Shown here piece after piece: positions 10,145-19,177 of a stretch of 64,000 nt of DNA. Position numbers and translations under genes: made by a program. The stretch covers positions 21,676 to 85,675 of IMG/VR virus record IMGVR_UViG_3300030329_005540; one strand, written 5' to 3'. Source of the stretch: a virus. The notes below the pieces were generated by a model. That model saw only the letters and a list, made by a program, of their open reading frames with translations, had not been told where the DNA came from and ran no database searches. Numbering within the stretch: position 1 is the first letter of the stretch; each line of letters opens with the position of its first letter.

Positions 10145-10783
10145 CTATACATCTACCATCCATTTTAACTTGTTCCAGATTTTTAAATTTAATTTTAAAT
10201 CTACAAGAGCATTATGAAGATTGTCGTAATCATGATCAATTTCGAACTCTTTGCCCAAGGCCGTCATATTCGTTCTGATGCCCTTTTTGCGCGTGTGGTA
10301 GACCTTGTACTGGTAAGTGATCAAATCGTCGTCAGAACGCAATTCTAGGCCCATTTTGACCCCTCTGGCGAGGCAGTTGGTGTCGATGAACTTGCTTGTT
10401 AAATGAGTATAATCTTTACCCATGTATTCGTAATATCCCTTAATTAAATAAATATCAAAACCAAGCACATTATGCCCGACGATATAATCAGCATTGTCTA
10501 ACCAATCTTCAATTGTGGGGAACGCTTCTTCGGGAGGAATGCCCAGCTTGTCCATTGTGGCCTGACTGTATCTGGTGATACGCGCCGCACCCTCGCTGAT
10601 CTTGAGGTGCGTTTTCCATTTAACGTAGAAGTCTTTTTCCGCAATACTCTTGTCGCCCTGAACCTTCAGCATTGAAACCTGCCACGGCAAATTGTTGCAG
10701 GGGTTGAGGCAGAGGTTAAGAGTTTCGCAGTCGATAAAGACTAGCGTTTTCTCTTTGTCAAATCTGAGTAAGTGTTCGTCCAT
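10145..10783 (-). CDS. DEDDh 3'-5' exonuclease (DnaQ/epsilon-like)
   Basis: ExoI FIDCET, ExoII VGHNVLGFD, ExoIII LHNALVD. Confidence 0.9.
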   Translation of the reverse strand: MDEHLLRFDKEKTLVFIDCETLNLCLNPCNNLPWQVSMLKVQGDKSIAEKDFYVKWKTHLKISEGAARITRYSQATMDKLGIPPEEAFPTIEDWLDNADYIVGHNVLGFDIYLIKGYYEYMGKDYTHLTSKFIDTNCLARGVKMGLELRSDDDLITYQYKVYHTRKKGIRTNMTALGKEFEIDHDYDNLHNALVDLKLNLKIWNKLKWMVDV

Positions 10784-10786
10784 TAT

Positions 10787-12253
10787 TTATCCTACAAATG
10801 AGTTTCTTTTATTGAGGTTTCCAATTTTATCAAATACGCCATGAGTCTCTGCTATAGCTGTAGTCGCCCAACGAGGCTTTAAATTAGTATAATGATTTAA
10901 CTTTACGACTTCTTTTATTGTTTTCGCGTAATCTATAGGAACAATATGATCTACATGCCATATCTCTCCGCGATTTTCAAGCGTCCAATGATCGTGGTCG
11001 AATTCTGGATGGTCAAATAAATATTCGATGAATTTGTCAAAGCGCAGCCCTATTATTTCTTCGGTTTTAAAGCATTTTTTAAAATCTTTCGCTCTGAAAG
11101 AGTTCCCAATCGTTATCCTCGTTTGGCGTATAAATTTAAAAACTGGGTCTTTCATCATTTTATCTATATATTTTTTATTAGAGATTCTTACCCTTTCCTT
11201 AGCTTCTTCGGCTGGAATCCAAGATTTTCTCCCAGTTATGTCTGTTGCTCTCAGTTCCAACTCAGCCCGCTTTGACTTTATAGCTACAACTGTTCTATGA
11301 GGTAAATATTTTTCATGAAGTTCTCGATTAGATATGAGTTTGTTCAAATGCTGTATTTCCCAATCTTCCCACGGCTGTATATCGCTGCATATCGGACACC
11401 CGTACTTCGAAGAGAAAAATTTTATATAAATATTATCCGCGCCTTCTTGTTCTTTGTTGTATTCTGTTATTTCGTCACAATTCTTGCATTTGATCTTAAG
11501 GTATTTCTCCCAACCTAAAAAATCGGTAAGCACTTCAAGGTGCGGCAGTTCTGTTATTCTTGTGTTAAAGGTCTCTACTTCCTTCTCTAACCCACGTTTT
11601 TCTTTTCCCTCTTTTCTACATTCGGGGCAGCATTCTATTCCTCTCCTCCCGTGGTCATGTAATGTCTGAAAAAAGTAACTATTATGTTTTTTGCAAAGAA
11701 TTTTTACTTTGTCTTTTACGTTGCCAGTAAATTCAATTTCGTCGTATCCGAAAGCATTATCGTGTATTTTTTCTAATTTGGTTTTTATCTCTTTGAGTCT
11801 TTTATCTTTAGAGCTATCCCATTTTGCATTCCTCGCGTCATGCATCTTTTCCATCTTCGGGTGACACGTCGGGCACTCGTCGCCTCTATTTAAGATATAA
11901 TCGTTACCACTTGTAAAATGTTCAGTATGCCCACACTCCTTAAATAAAATTGTTACTGAAGGCTTTGTTTTGTGCGTTCCGTGAGTGTAGTCTACTACTT
12001 TTAAATTTGGATACTTTCCCTCAAATTCTTCAATAAATTCTTGTTTGATTTTTTCTTTACGGACTTCTTCTCTACATATTGAACAAGGGACTTTGGCTTT
12101 AAGATGTTGTTTTCCGTGCTGAATGAATACATGGTCATGCTTTACACAACGGATTTTTAATTTTTGATATTGGTTTTCGTATTTGGTTAAATATTCATAA
12201 TCATCACCAAATTTTTTTTTGGCATCATTAATAAATTTTTTATTTCTATCCAT
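10787..12253 (-). CDS. Free-standing HNH homing endonuclease with tandem Zn-ribbon repeats
   Basis: Four CxxH/CxxC...CPxC modules, then WHVDHIVP...HYTNLKPRW nuclease motif. Confidence 0.75.
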   Translation of the reverse strand: MDRNKKFINDAKKKFGDDYEYLTKYENQYQKLKIRCVKHDHVFIQHGKQHLKAKVPCSICREEVRKEKIKQEFIEEFEGKYPNLKVVDYTHGTHKTKPSVTILFKECGHTEHFTSGNDYILNRGDECPTCHPKMEKMHDARNAKWDSSKDKRLKEIKTKLEKIHDNAFGYDEIEFTGNVKDKVKILCKKHNSYFFQTLHDHGRRGIECCPECRKEGKEKRGLEKEVETFNTRITELPHLEVLTDFLGWEKYLKIKCKNCDEITEYNKEQEGADNIYIKFFSSKYGCPICSDIQPWEDWEIQHLNKLISNRELHEKYLPHRTVVAIKSKRAELELRATDITGRKSWIPAEEAKERVRISNKKYIDKMMKDPVFKFIRQTRITIGNSFRAKDFKKCFKTEEIIGLRFDKFIEYLFDHPEFDHDHWTLENRGEIWHVDHIVPIDYAKTIKEVVKLNHYTNLKPRWATTAIAETHGVFDKIGNLNKRNSFVG

Positions 12254-12257
12254 TGTT

Positions 12258-12416
12258 TTATTTCACCAAATACCCACCAATGTTTTGAGAAAGAATTTTA
12301 AGAGTATCTAATTCTTTTTTTCTCTCTTTTTCATCTTTAATTTTTTTAATTCTATCATATTCATCACAAATATAATCTACTGTAATTTTTTCTTTTACTT
12401 GTACTTTCTTAGGCAT
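12258..12416 (-). CDS. Small basic hypothetical protein
   Basis: MPKKVQVKEK... ORF overlapping the PHP gene stop. Confidence 0.5.
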   Translation of the reverse strand: MPKKVQVKEKITVDYICDEYDRIKKIKDEKERKKELDTLKILSQNIGGYLVK

Positions 12417-13173
12417 TTTTCTCGCTCCAGCTTTCCATGCAGAATTGGTCACTGCACATATGTTCTAGTTCGGGTTTACTCAGAGTGCTTCGGTTATTAA
12501 TGCATCTGAAAGTCAAATAAGCTTTAAAATCTTTTTTATCCTTATAATAAATACTCTTAGTTTTAATTGTATTGTAATCGTTCTTCTCGCAGTAACTCTT
12601 CACCTTCTCTTCGACCAAGTAATCGAATGGCAAATCATTACTCTCCAAGAAAAACGTTGGCTCGGTAAAATCAAAGTTAGGAACACAAATAGAAGATGTT
12701 AATAGGTTCTTATAAATAAAAGAATCATAAAAAGGAATACATAATTGTAAATCATTATTATCCCAATATTTTTCTAGAATTTGAAAGTCTACTCGCGGTA
12801 CGTAATAAAAGCCTAACTTGTGGGAATCTGAGGCGATTTTGATGAGCCGTTGATATCCTTCAGTATTCTTGCACAGAATGACATATTTAGAAGACTTGCT
12901 CACGGCGTCTTCCGATTTCTCTTCTACCGTTGGGCAAACTGTAACTCTGAGGCCGAAAACCAGATCGATTTTCTTTTCGGATAGACTGTCGTATGCCTGT
13001 AAGAATCCAGACATAGAATCTTCCACCATAAAAATCTTACTTAAATTATTTTCTACGGCGATATCTACAATCGAATCGGGGCCAGACTCTTCTGAAGAGC
13101 CAGCTTTTTCTAAAGTTAAGATACTTCTGCCAAGAGAGTACTGAGACTTGAACAATGGTAAAATGTCATCCAT
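12409..13173 (-). CDS. Stand-alone PHP domain of DNA polymerase III alpha
   Basis: PLFKSQYSLGRSI (cf. HLHxHSxYS), DSMSG, ILCKNTEGYQRLIKIAS, GFYYVPRVD. ATG at 13173 follows the promoter. Confidence 0.85.
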   Translation of the reverse strand: MDDILPLFKSQYSLGRSILTLEKAGSSEESGPDSIVDIAVENNLSKIFMVEDSMSGFLQAYDSLSEKKIDLVFGLRVTVCPTVEEKSEDAVSKSSKYVILCKNTEGYQRLIKIASDSHKLGFYYVPRVDFQILEKYWDNNDLQLCIPFYDSFIYKNLLTSSICVPNFDFTEPTFFLESNDLPFDYLVEEKVKSYCEKNDYNTIKTKSIYYKDKKDFKAYLTFRCINNRSTLSKPELEHMCSDQFCMESWSEKNA

Positions 13174-13181
13174 TAAAAACG

Positions 13182-13210
13182 ATTTTAGCAAGAGCTTTAC
13201 GTTGTGTCAA
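13182..13210 (-). promoter_or_regulatory. Class 1 promoter TTGACA-caacgTAAAGCtcttgc-TAAAAT
   Basis: 17 bp spacer with fixed TAAAGC. Confidence 0.8.
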
Positions 13211-14236
13211 TCAAAAATCGAAAGGATCATCTTGTTTTTGTGAAACTTGACAATGAGCGGGACATCCCCCGTAATGACGGAGTTCTATCTTTTGGCCGCT
13301 CTTAGGTTTTCCTAGCTCTGATTTTTCTTTGGATATTTTCAACTGCTTCCCGTTTTCATCTAAAAGCACGTGATAATCAAATGGGAATTTAAAAGAGCAG
13401 TGCCACATCACAGACCCGTCTTTTTTTAGTTGTCCGGGCTGCTTCGCAAATCCGCAGCTTAACGGCCCTCCAAAAACCTTGTCTGGCGGGTACGGTTGAT
13501 GAGCCGCATAGTTGGCCTTGGCATCCTCCTCCGTAAAATTATTAATAATCTTATACAAATCCGCGAGGTAATACTCGAAGCCCGCGATTTGATCTTTCGA
13601 GATTTCTATTTCTTGCACAGGCTGTTTGGGAAACTTTAAGAATAAGAACTCTGCGATGATCTTCTTTGATTTAGGCCACAATTTTTTCGAAGCCAAAGTA
13701 TATGTCATGGCTTGTAGATTAGCGGTTATCTCCTGCCCTTTGAATTTGCTTTTGCTGGTTTTGTAATCGACGAGTTTGATTTCTTTTCCGTCTTTGTAGA
13801 CTATTGGCTTGTCGATAAAGCCCAACACCTTATACTTCGGGTCTTCGCTTTCCAACAGGAATTCAACTTCGCCTGATTCCACAACGCCTCCACTATCTTC
13901 ACCGAAAAAATCTTGATTTAACCCCACGAGGATCATGGCGTCACACATTTCATAGTTCTCGTCGGTTAAGAACTGTTCTCCCTCTCTCTTAAGAGCTTTA
14001 CGGACTAGCCTACATATTGCTGGGCTAGCCTCGATAGTGCTTTGCTTCACTATGGCGTCATAATGAGGCTTGTGGCGAGGGTTTAAAAGAACTTCAAATA
14101 TTAAATGGCAAGCAGTTCCTCTTACCGCTCCATCATTTTTGGGCTCCGGTAAACGAAGAATATATTTGCACCAATATTTCCAAGAGCAGTCTTCTAGAAG
14201 CTTGGCTCTTGAAGCTGATAGTATTTTTTCTTCCAT
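13211..14236 (-). CDS. PD-(D/E)XK RecB/Cas4-like exonuclease
   Basis: LSASR..LLEDC, RGTACH, GFID, LVDYKT, QAMTY motifs and C-terminal cysteines. Confidence 0.85.
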   Translation of the reverse strand: MEEKILSASRAKLLEDCSWKYWCKYILRLPEPKNDGAVRGTACHLIFEVLLNPRHKPHYDAIVKQSTIEASPAICRLVRKALKREGEQFLTDENYEMCDAMILVGLNQDFFGEDSGGVVESGEVEFLLESEDPKYKVLGFIDKPIVYKDGKEIKLVDYKTSKSKFKGQEITANLQAMTYTLASKKLWPKSKKIIAEFLFLKFPKQPVQEIEISKDQIAGFEYYLADLYKIINNFTEEDAKANYAAHQPYPPDKVFGGPLSCGFAKQPGQLKKDGSVMWHCSFKFPFDYHVLLDENGKQLKISKEKSELGKPKSGQKIELRHYGGCPAHCQVSQKQDDPFDF

Positions 14237-15117
14237 GATAAAATTTCCTCCTTAGTCATTTCTCCAAAGTCGCAAGACCCTTCTGGGATAGCGACATGGA
14301 TTTGCTCGGGATCGAAGTGTCTGGCTAATTTAGCGCAAGCTTTTTCAGCAGCTTGATTACCAGCCGAGCTTTTTTGTTCATCATTATTAAAAGCAATAAA
14401 TATATGATCTATGTCAATTCTGAGAAGGTAGCTGATCACAGCTACGCTCACTTCGAGTCCGAAAGTAACCATCGTATTTTTAATTCCGCAGTCCCACAAG
14501 GCGAGCATATCTCCTATGCTTTCAACTAGGATAACCTGTTTCTCGCTTCGTAAAATCTTATTGTTAATTTGAAGCGGGTATTTCCACTCACTTTTTACGC
14601 CTATGTGTTTCCACTTTGGGTTACGATCTACTATCGATCTCCCAGAAACGCCAACCAATTCTTTTTTGTAATTATAAATTGGAAAAATGTACCTGTCTTT
14701 CATCTTGCCTACGCCCACAACCCCGCCTTCAAAAACAGAAACAGTATCTTCCGACACGCCTCTGTTTATCCAATAAGAATGATCTTTGCTTAATTTTAAA
14801 AGGCATTCTTTATTGAACGTTTTGATTTGTTTGAGCGTGGGTTTGACTACGGCCTCTTTTCTTTCAGAAGAATAAGATGTATTGGACAACCATTTTTCGG
14901 CATCATTTACAGATTCGAGTTTAAGAGATAGTTGAACCAAATCTTGTAAAGAGCCTTTGATGTTACGGCTAAAGTCGATAAAGTAGCCCGTGTCCTTTCG
15001 CACACTAAGAACAGTATTACTGCTTGAGTCTCGATAAAGAGGCTTCATGCGGTAATTTCTACTGTCTTCGGTAATATTGCTATAACCGAGGCTTAATAAT
15101 ATTTCTTTAACGTCCAT
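14194..15117 (-). CDS. dnaG: DNA primase (DnaG-type Toprim)
   Basis: RYIFPIYN..GVSGR, ILVESIGDMLAL, FNND, DFGE; adjacent to dnaB. Confidence 0.85.
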   Translation of the reverse strand: MDVKEILLSLGYSNITEDSRNYRMKPLYRDSSSNTVLSVRKDTGYFIDFSRNIKGSLQDLVQLSLKLESVNDAEKWLSNTSYSSERKEAVVKPTLKQIKTFNKECLLKLSKDHSYWINRGVSEDTVSVFEGGVVGVGKMKDRYIFPIYNYKKELVGVSGRSIVDRNPKWKHIGVKSEWKYPLQINNKILRSEKQVILVESIGDMLALWDCGIKNTMVTFGLEVSVAVISYLLRIDIDHIFIAFNNDEQKSSAGNQAAEKACAKLARHFDPEQIHVAIPEGSCDFGEMTKEEILSWKKKYYQLQEPSF

Positions 15118-16610
15118 TAGAATTCTGTGGGGCCATCGTTTTCGCTATGGTCTACATCTTGACCGCGCTCACTTTGTTCTTCCACGATATCCCGTAAAGA
15201 ACCTCTTTCTTCAACTCCGAAATTCTCACAGTTGAAGTTCAGATAATTGCTGTACCATCTTATCGTGCCGTTTTCAGAAGCTCTACGAACCAAGTCGTGA
15301 TGCCCTGCGGCTTGCTGGCCCTGAAAGCGTGTTTTGAGAGGTATCAATTTGTGCGAGCCTCTGGCTTCTCCATCTTCACCAATTTCATCTAACGTCTTTC
15401 TTCTAAAGATGCCTACAAAACTGGCAAACCATTGAAGTCTATCAGACAACGAAATCGCAGATGAATCATCCACCATCGCGCCGCTAGAACCCGCTTCGCC
15501 GCTTCTGTTCATTTGCATCGCTGTAATAAGAGGGGCGTTGATTTCTTCGGCTACCTTTTTCAGCTTGTCAACCTTGTCACCTATAGCTTGGTATTCTCCC
15601 CAGTTTTGAGCTACTCTTTCACCCGTTAGTTTCACATAATCGTATGCAATGATGCATGGATTACCTCTACCAACATGAGTTAAGTACCATCGGCGTATCA
15701 AGGACACGATTTGGTCTACGTTTTTATTTCCTACGAAAGCGTGATAACACTGATACCCTTTTTCTTTTATAGCTTTCAATCCGCTCCGAGTTCTAGCTGT
15801 AAGCTCCTCGCTTTTGCGGAAGTTACCCGTTTCTAAATACCAAGGGGAAACATTTGTAAACGCCGACGCCATTCTAAATTGAATGTCCATCGTAGCCATC
15901 TCTGTGTCCAGCAAAAGAACTGGAACATTATTGAGATGTCCTGTTCTGATACATAAATTATTAATCCATGTAGTCTTGCCTTGTCCGGGTCTCGATACAA
16001 TCGCGTATACGTTTCCGGGTCTTAGTCCTCCGTACAAATTGTTAAACTCTTGCCAAGGCGTTTTAAATCCAAAGTCCGTTTGGGGGTTATTGCCTCTCTC
16101 TTCAACTAATTCTTCAATTCCGTCGAACAAATCGACGGGTTCATCATCTAATGCGTATTTTCTCATATTTTCGTTATACATTTCATCGCAAGATGCGATT
16201 ATTTCATCTACTCCGACATTGCCGCATTTGCGTACAAACTCGGAAACATTACTCACTGATTCTAAAATCTCTCTTCTTATCTTATATTTTTTAAGTTCTT
16301 TAGCCGCCTCTACGGTAGCTTCTTTTGTGATATAAGTGAAAGAAATCTCATCAATGTACCTATAAATTTCAATATCGTCTTTGAAAGTAATTCCTAAATT
16401 TTGAATCTTCTCCGAAAGAAGTACCTTATCCAGTTTTTGACCTGCTGCTAGAATGCTACGAATAACACAAAATATTGTATTATGAACATCAAAGTAAAAA
16501 TCTTTTTCAGTAATAAACTTCTCAAGATCGGGGAAGATAGACTCGTTGTTAATTAAACCTCCTAAAACATGCTTCTCAATCCGCTGCGAATAAATTTGTC
16601 CTTTTTCCAT
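15117..16610 (-). CDS. dnaB: Replicative DNA helicase
   Basis: N-terminal DnaB domain (EKHVLGGL, DFY..H..IF), Walker A SRPGQGKT, DTEM, YDYVKL, AMQMNR. Confidence 0.95.
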   Translation of the reverse strand: MEKGQIYSQRIEKHVLGGLINNESIFPDLEKFITEKDFYFDVHNTIFCVIRSILAAGQKLDKVLLSEKIQNLGITFKDDIEIYRYIDEISFTYITKEATVEAAKELKKYKIRREILESVSNVSEFVRKCGNVGVDEIIASCDEMYNENMRKYALDDEPVDLFDGIEELVEERGNNPQTDFGFKTPWQEFNNLYGGLRPGNVYAIVSRPGQGKTTWINNLCIRTGHLNNVPVLLLDTEMATMDIQFRMASAFTNVSPWYLETGNFRKSEELTARTRSGLKAIKEKGYQCYHAFVGNKNVDQIVSLIRRWYLTHVGRGNPCIIAYDYVKLTGERVAQNWGEYQAIGDKVDKLKKVAEEINAPLITAMQMNRSGEAGSSGAMVDDSSAISLSDRLQWFASFVGIFRRKTLDEIGEDGEARGSHKLIPLKTRFQGQQAAGHHDLVRRASENGTIRWYSNYLNFNCENFGVEERGSLRDIVEEQSERGQDVDHSENDGPTEF

Positions 16611-16619
16611 ACAACGGAT

Positions 16620-16648
16620 ATGATAACACCTGCTTTAGCTGGCGTCAA
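16620..16648 (-). promoter_or_regulatory. Class 1 promoter TTGACG-ccagcTAAAGCaggtgt-TATCAT
   Basis: 17 bp spacer with fixed TAAAGC; upstream of dnaB. Confidence 0.8.
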
Positions 16649-16661
16649 GAGAAATTTTGAA

Positions 16662-16916
16662 TTATTCTGCTTCTTCTTCGCCTTCTTCGGGCTCGATGAA
16701 AGACGCTACTAGGGACTCCACGTTGACTTCTTCCATAGTTTTGGACCAAGTACCTACATAGTTTTGTAGTGCGAGAAGCTCTGTCACAGTATCGCATTGC
16801 GAATGAGCAACAGGCGTACCGTCAGCATCAATAGTAAACAAAATAAATCCGCCGTTAGAACATTCATTAATTTGATCTAACGTCTTTTGTGGGAATGTAA
16901 AATTTTTATCACTCAC
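16662..16916 (-). CDS. Small acidic hypothetical protein
   Basis: 84 aa ORF preceded by a GTGTAA motif. Confidence 0.6.
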   Translation of the reverse strand: MSDKNFTFPQKTLDQINECSNGGFILFTIDADGTPVAHSQCDTVTELLALQNYVGTWSKTMEEVNVESLVASFIEPEEGEEEAE

Positions 16917-16924
16917 AATAGTAT

Positions 16925-16930
16925 TTACAC
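16925..16930 (-). promoter_or_regulatory. Class 2 motif GTGTAA
   Basis: 8 nt before the GTG start at 16916. Confidence 0.65.
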
Positions 16931-16932
16931 TA

Positions 16933-17349
16933 TTATAGTGTCACATCAAAATGCTTTTCAAAGAATTCTTTGTTTAGTTTATTAAGTTCACCCTCGTTTA
17001 TTTCAATTAATTTAAATCCATTTTTATCAAGCCAAGAAGCTTTTTCAAAGTCTCGTTTTATTGCTTTCAAATACTCTAATCTAGAATTATTATGAAAGAA
17101 TTTATTGAACTCTGTATGCTGACGACCCTGAACTTCTACCGCGATTTTCTTAGTGGCGTTGAGTATATCTACCGTCATGCGTGAGCCATAAACAGGAAAC
17201 TCTTCGTAAACGATATGGTTCTTCCAAAATTGTTTAAGAAATTGTTTTACTTGAAATTGTATTTTAGAACGAGATTTAGCATCCCATTTTATGAGATACT
17301 TAGTAACCTTTCGGCTTTGGGGTCTACCGTGTATATTGATTAATCTCAT
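16933..17349 (-). CDS. DUF559/Vsr-like endonuclease
   Basis: EEFPV..RMTVDIL...IAVEVQGRQH...KRDFEKASWL...GFKLIEI. Confidence 0.75.
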   Translation of the reverse strand: MRLINIHGRPQSRKVTKYLIKWDAKSRSKIQFQVKQFLKQFWKNHIVYEEFPVYGSRMTVDILNATKKIAVEVQGRQHTEFNKFFHNNSRLEYLKAIKRDFEKASWLDKNGFKLIEINEGELNKLNKEFFEKHFDVTL

Positions 17350-18041
17350 TATTTACCCGTGAAGAAAGCTGGAGCTAAAACTTTTTCAGCTAAGTATATA
17401 GAGAAATCATTATCGCTTGGGAAATGGACTCCTTCATAGATTCTGGAATCCGCCACCATTTTAGCGGCTTGCAAGAATTGATTCTTAAAAGCTGGATACA
17501 TATTAGAGCAAATAAAAGCTGCAAAATATGCAGATAATGTGTGTCCGCTTGGATAGGACGGAGTGCTTGCTGTGCCTTTTTGGATGGCGTCGTTATATTT
17601 TATATCGATGCCGTGATGAGGGGCTAGTTGATACGGTCTAGGTCTGTTATAATATAGTTTTAACTTCATCGCCAATGTATCAGAATCCTGCATAACTAGC
17701 CTTCTGATATCGTCATCCGGAATCTTTTCTCCAATTAGCTTTTCGTGCAGATCGTATACGAATCCAGCAGGGGCAGCATCCATCTTTTCAAGACTAGAAG
17801 TAAAATCCTTAGAATGTTTTTTTTGTTCTATGAATTTTTTAATATATAAAAGCTCCTGCTTGGTTTGCTCACTTGAATTCGAAGGTGGCGGCATTTTCAG
17901 CAGATTTTCGATGCTTATGTCTAAGTGGACGAGCTTTCTCTCGGAATAGTCTTTGCGAGGATTTTTACCATCATAAACTAACTCGTCTAGTTTTTTAGCC
18001 TTAATATCCTCAGAAAAATCTATTTCGAAATTTTGCTTCAT
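17349..18041 (-). CDS. PAP2/vanadium haloperoxidase-superfamily phosphatase
   Basis: KLYYNRPRP, PSYPSGH, SRIYEGVHFPSD motifs. Confidence 0.85.
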   Translation of the reverse strand: MKQNFEIDFSEDIKAKKLDELVYDGKNPRKDYSERKLVHLDISIENLLKMPPPSNSSEQTKQELLYIKKFIEQKKHSKDFTSSLEKMDAAPAGFVYDLHEKLIGEKIPDDDIRRLVMQDSDTLAMKLKLYYNRPRPYQLAPHHGIDIKYNDAIQKGTASTPSYPSGHTLSAYFAAFICSNMYPAFKNQFLQAAKMVADSRIYEGVHFPSDNDFSIYLAEKVLAPAFFTGK

Positions 18042-18060
18042 TTTTAATCCTTTTATAGAT

Positions 18061-18066
18061 TTACAC
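18061..18066 (-). promoter_or_regulatory. Class 2 motif GTGTAA
   Basis: Upstream of the PAP2 gene, followed by an AAGGA Shine-Dalgarno. Confidence 0.6.
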
Positions 18067-18073
18067 TTAAAAT

Positions 18074-18481
18074 TGGTGGAGGCGGCGGGAATCGAACCCG
18101 CGTCTTTAGAACCATCGGCCTAAATATGCTACAAGCTTATCCGGTTTAATACGATACGTGTCTGAAACCGGCAACTTCACGTAAAGTTTGGTCTATCTTT
18201 TTTTAAACTACTGGAGACTCAACCAGACTCAACCAGTGTTTTGCTCGTTATCGACGCCCTAGCTCCTTAACGAGCATCCAGAGTAGGACGGGTAGCTACG
18301 CAGCTACAGCAGCCTCTTCAGCCCAACCAAACTGAGCGAGAATCGCATCAGCTTCGTCAAGCGAAGGAGCCATATCAACATTATTGGCAGTTGAATACCT
18401 TGATAGATGATTTAAGAGGCCGACTATCATCCTCTGCTTGCAATTCGGCGTAAGACCCCAAATCGAATCCAGTACGCCCCC
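18074..18481 (-). ncRNA. ssrA: tmRNA (408 nt), tag (A)ANNVDMAPSLDEADAILAQFGWAEEAAVAA
   Basis: 5' GGGGGCGUACUGGAUUCGA; 3' GACGCGGGUUCGAUUCCCGCCGCCUCCACCA; acceptor stem with G3:U; tag ORF 18388-18296 begins GCC after UUCAACU and ends AA-stop. Confidence 0.95.
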
Positions 18482-18491
18482 ATATAAAATT

Positions 18492-18497
18492 CTACAC
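18492..18497 (-). promoter_or_regulatory. Class 2 motif variant GTGTAG upstream of tmRNA
   Basis: 10 nt before the tmRNA 5' end. Confidence 0.5.
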
Positions 18498-18501
18498 TTA
18501 T

Positions 18502-19176
18502 TTATTTAATTTTCAATTCTTTTTTCGTTTTACGCGCAAGATCATTGTTGGCCCAAACACCATTTAATTGCTCTGGCCATTTTTCAGGATCATAGTCGTG
18601 TCTTTTTACTGAGTTTTTATGGTTGCTTATAACTTGTAAATTATCTTGATGATGCGCCCCTCCTTTGGCTAAAGGTATTATATGATCCACTACATATTTT
18701 CTACCTGCTTTAGAAGATCGGCGGCGAGCATCCTCGTAAAAGGCTTTCATTTTTTCTTCGTCTGAATCAGGCAGTATGGCGTTGATTTTTATAGCCGCTC
18801 TCTTTTTTGCCAAAGCGTTCATTAATGGCCTATTGTTTTTTTTATAATTAGAATTATACTCGGCAACGTGATCAGCATTTTTTCCGCGCCATTTTTTCAT
18901 GGACTTAGCTCGTTCTTTACTGTTCTTTTTCCTATATTCTTTTACCCTCTCTTTGTTTTTTTCACACCAAATTCGACAATATTCTCTATTTTTTTTTCTA
19001 TTTTCAGGCCTTGCGTTGTACGCCCTTCTGCGGGCACGTACTTTTTCTTTTTTCTCTTCTGGTAAACTATGAAACCTTTCACGATCCTGTTTTGCTCGGC
19101 ATGAGCCACAGGTCGCTCTGTGTTTTCCGAATTTCGAAGTAGGCTTTTCTTCTTTGCATCTACGACAAATCTTCAT
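18502..19176 (-). CDS. HNH homing endonuclease
   Basis: N-terminal KICRRC...CGSC Zn finger, basic helical linker, VVDHIIPLAKGGAHHQDNLQ...N. Confidence 0.85.
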   Translation of the reverse strand: MKICRRCKEEKPTSKFGKHRATCGSCRAKQDRERFHSLPEEKKEKVRARRRAYNARPENRKKNREYCRIWCEKNKERVKEYRKKNSKERAKSMKKWRGKNADHVAEYNSNYKKNNRPLMNALAKKRAAIKINAILPDSDEEKMKAFYEDARRRSSKAGRKYVVDHIIPLAKGGAHHQDNLQVISNHKNSVKRHDYDPEKWPEQLNGVWANNDLARKTKKELKIK

Positions 19177-19177
19177 A

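Noticed and set aside
7284-13191. Split intein joining the DnaE parts
   Set aside because: No Cys-initiated N-intein on the PHP gene and no His-Asn/Cys junction at the start of the core.
13211-14236. CRISPR-associated Cas4
   Set aside because: No array or other cas genes in the window; the context is primase/helicase.
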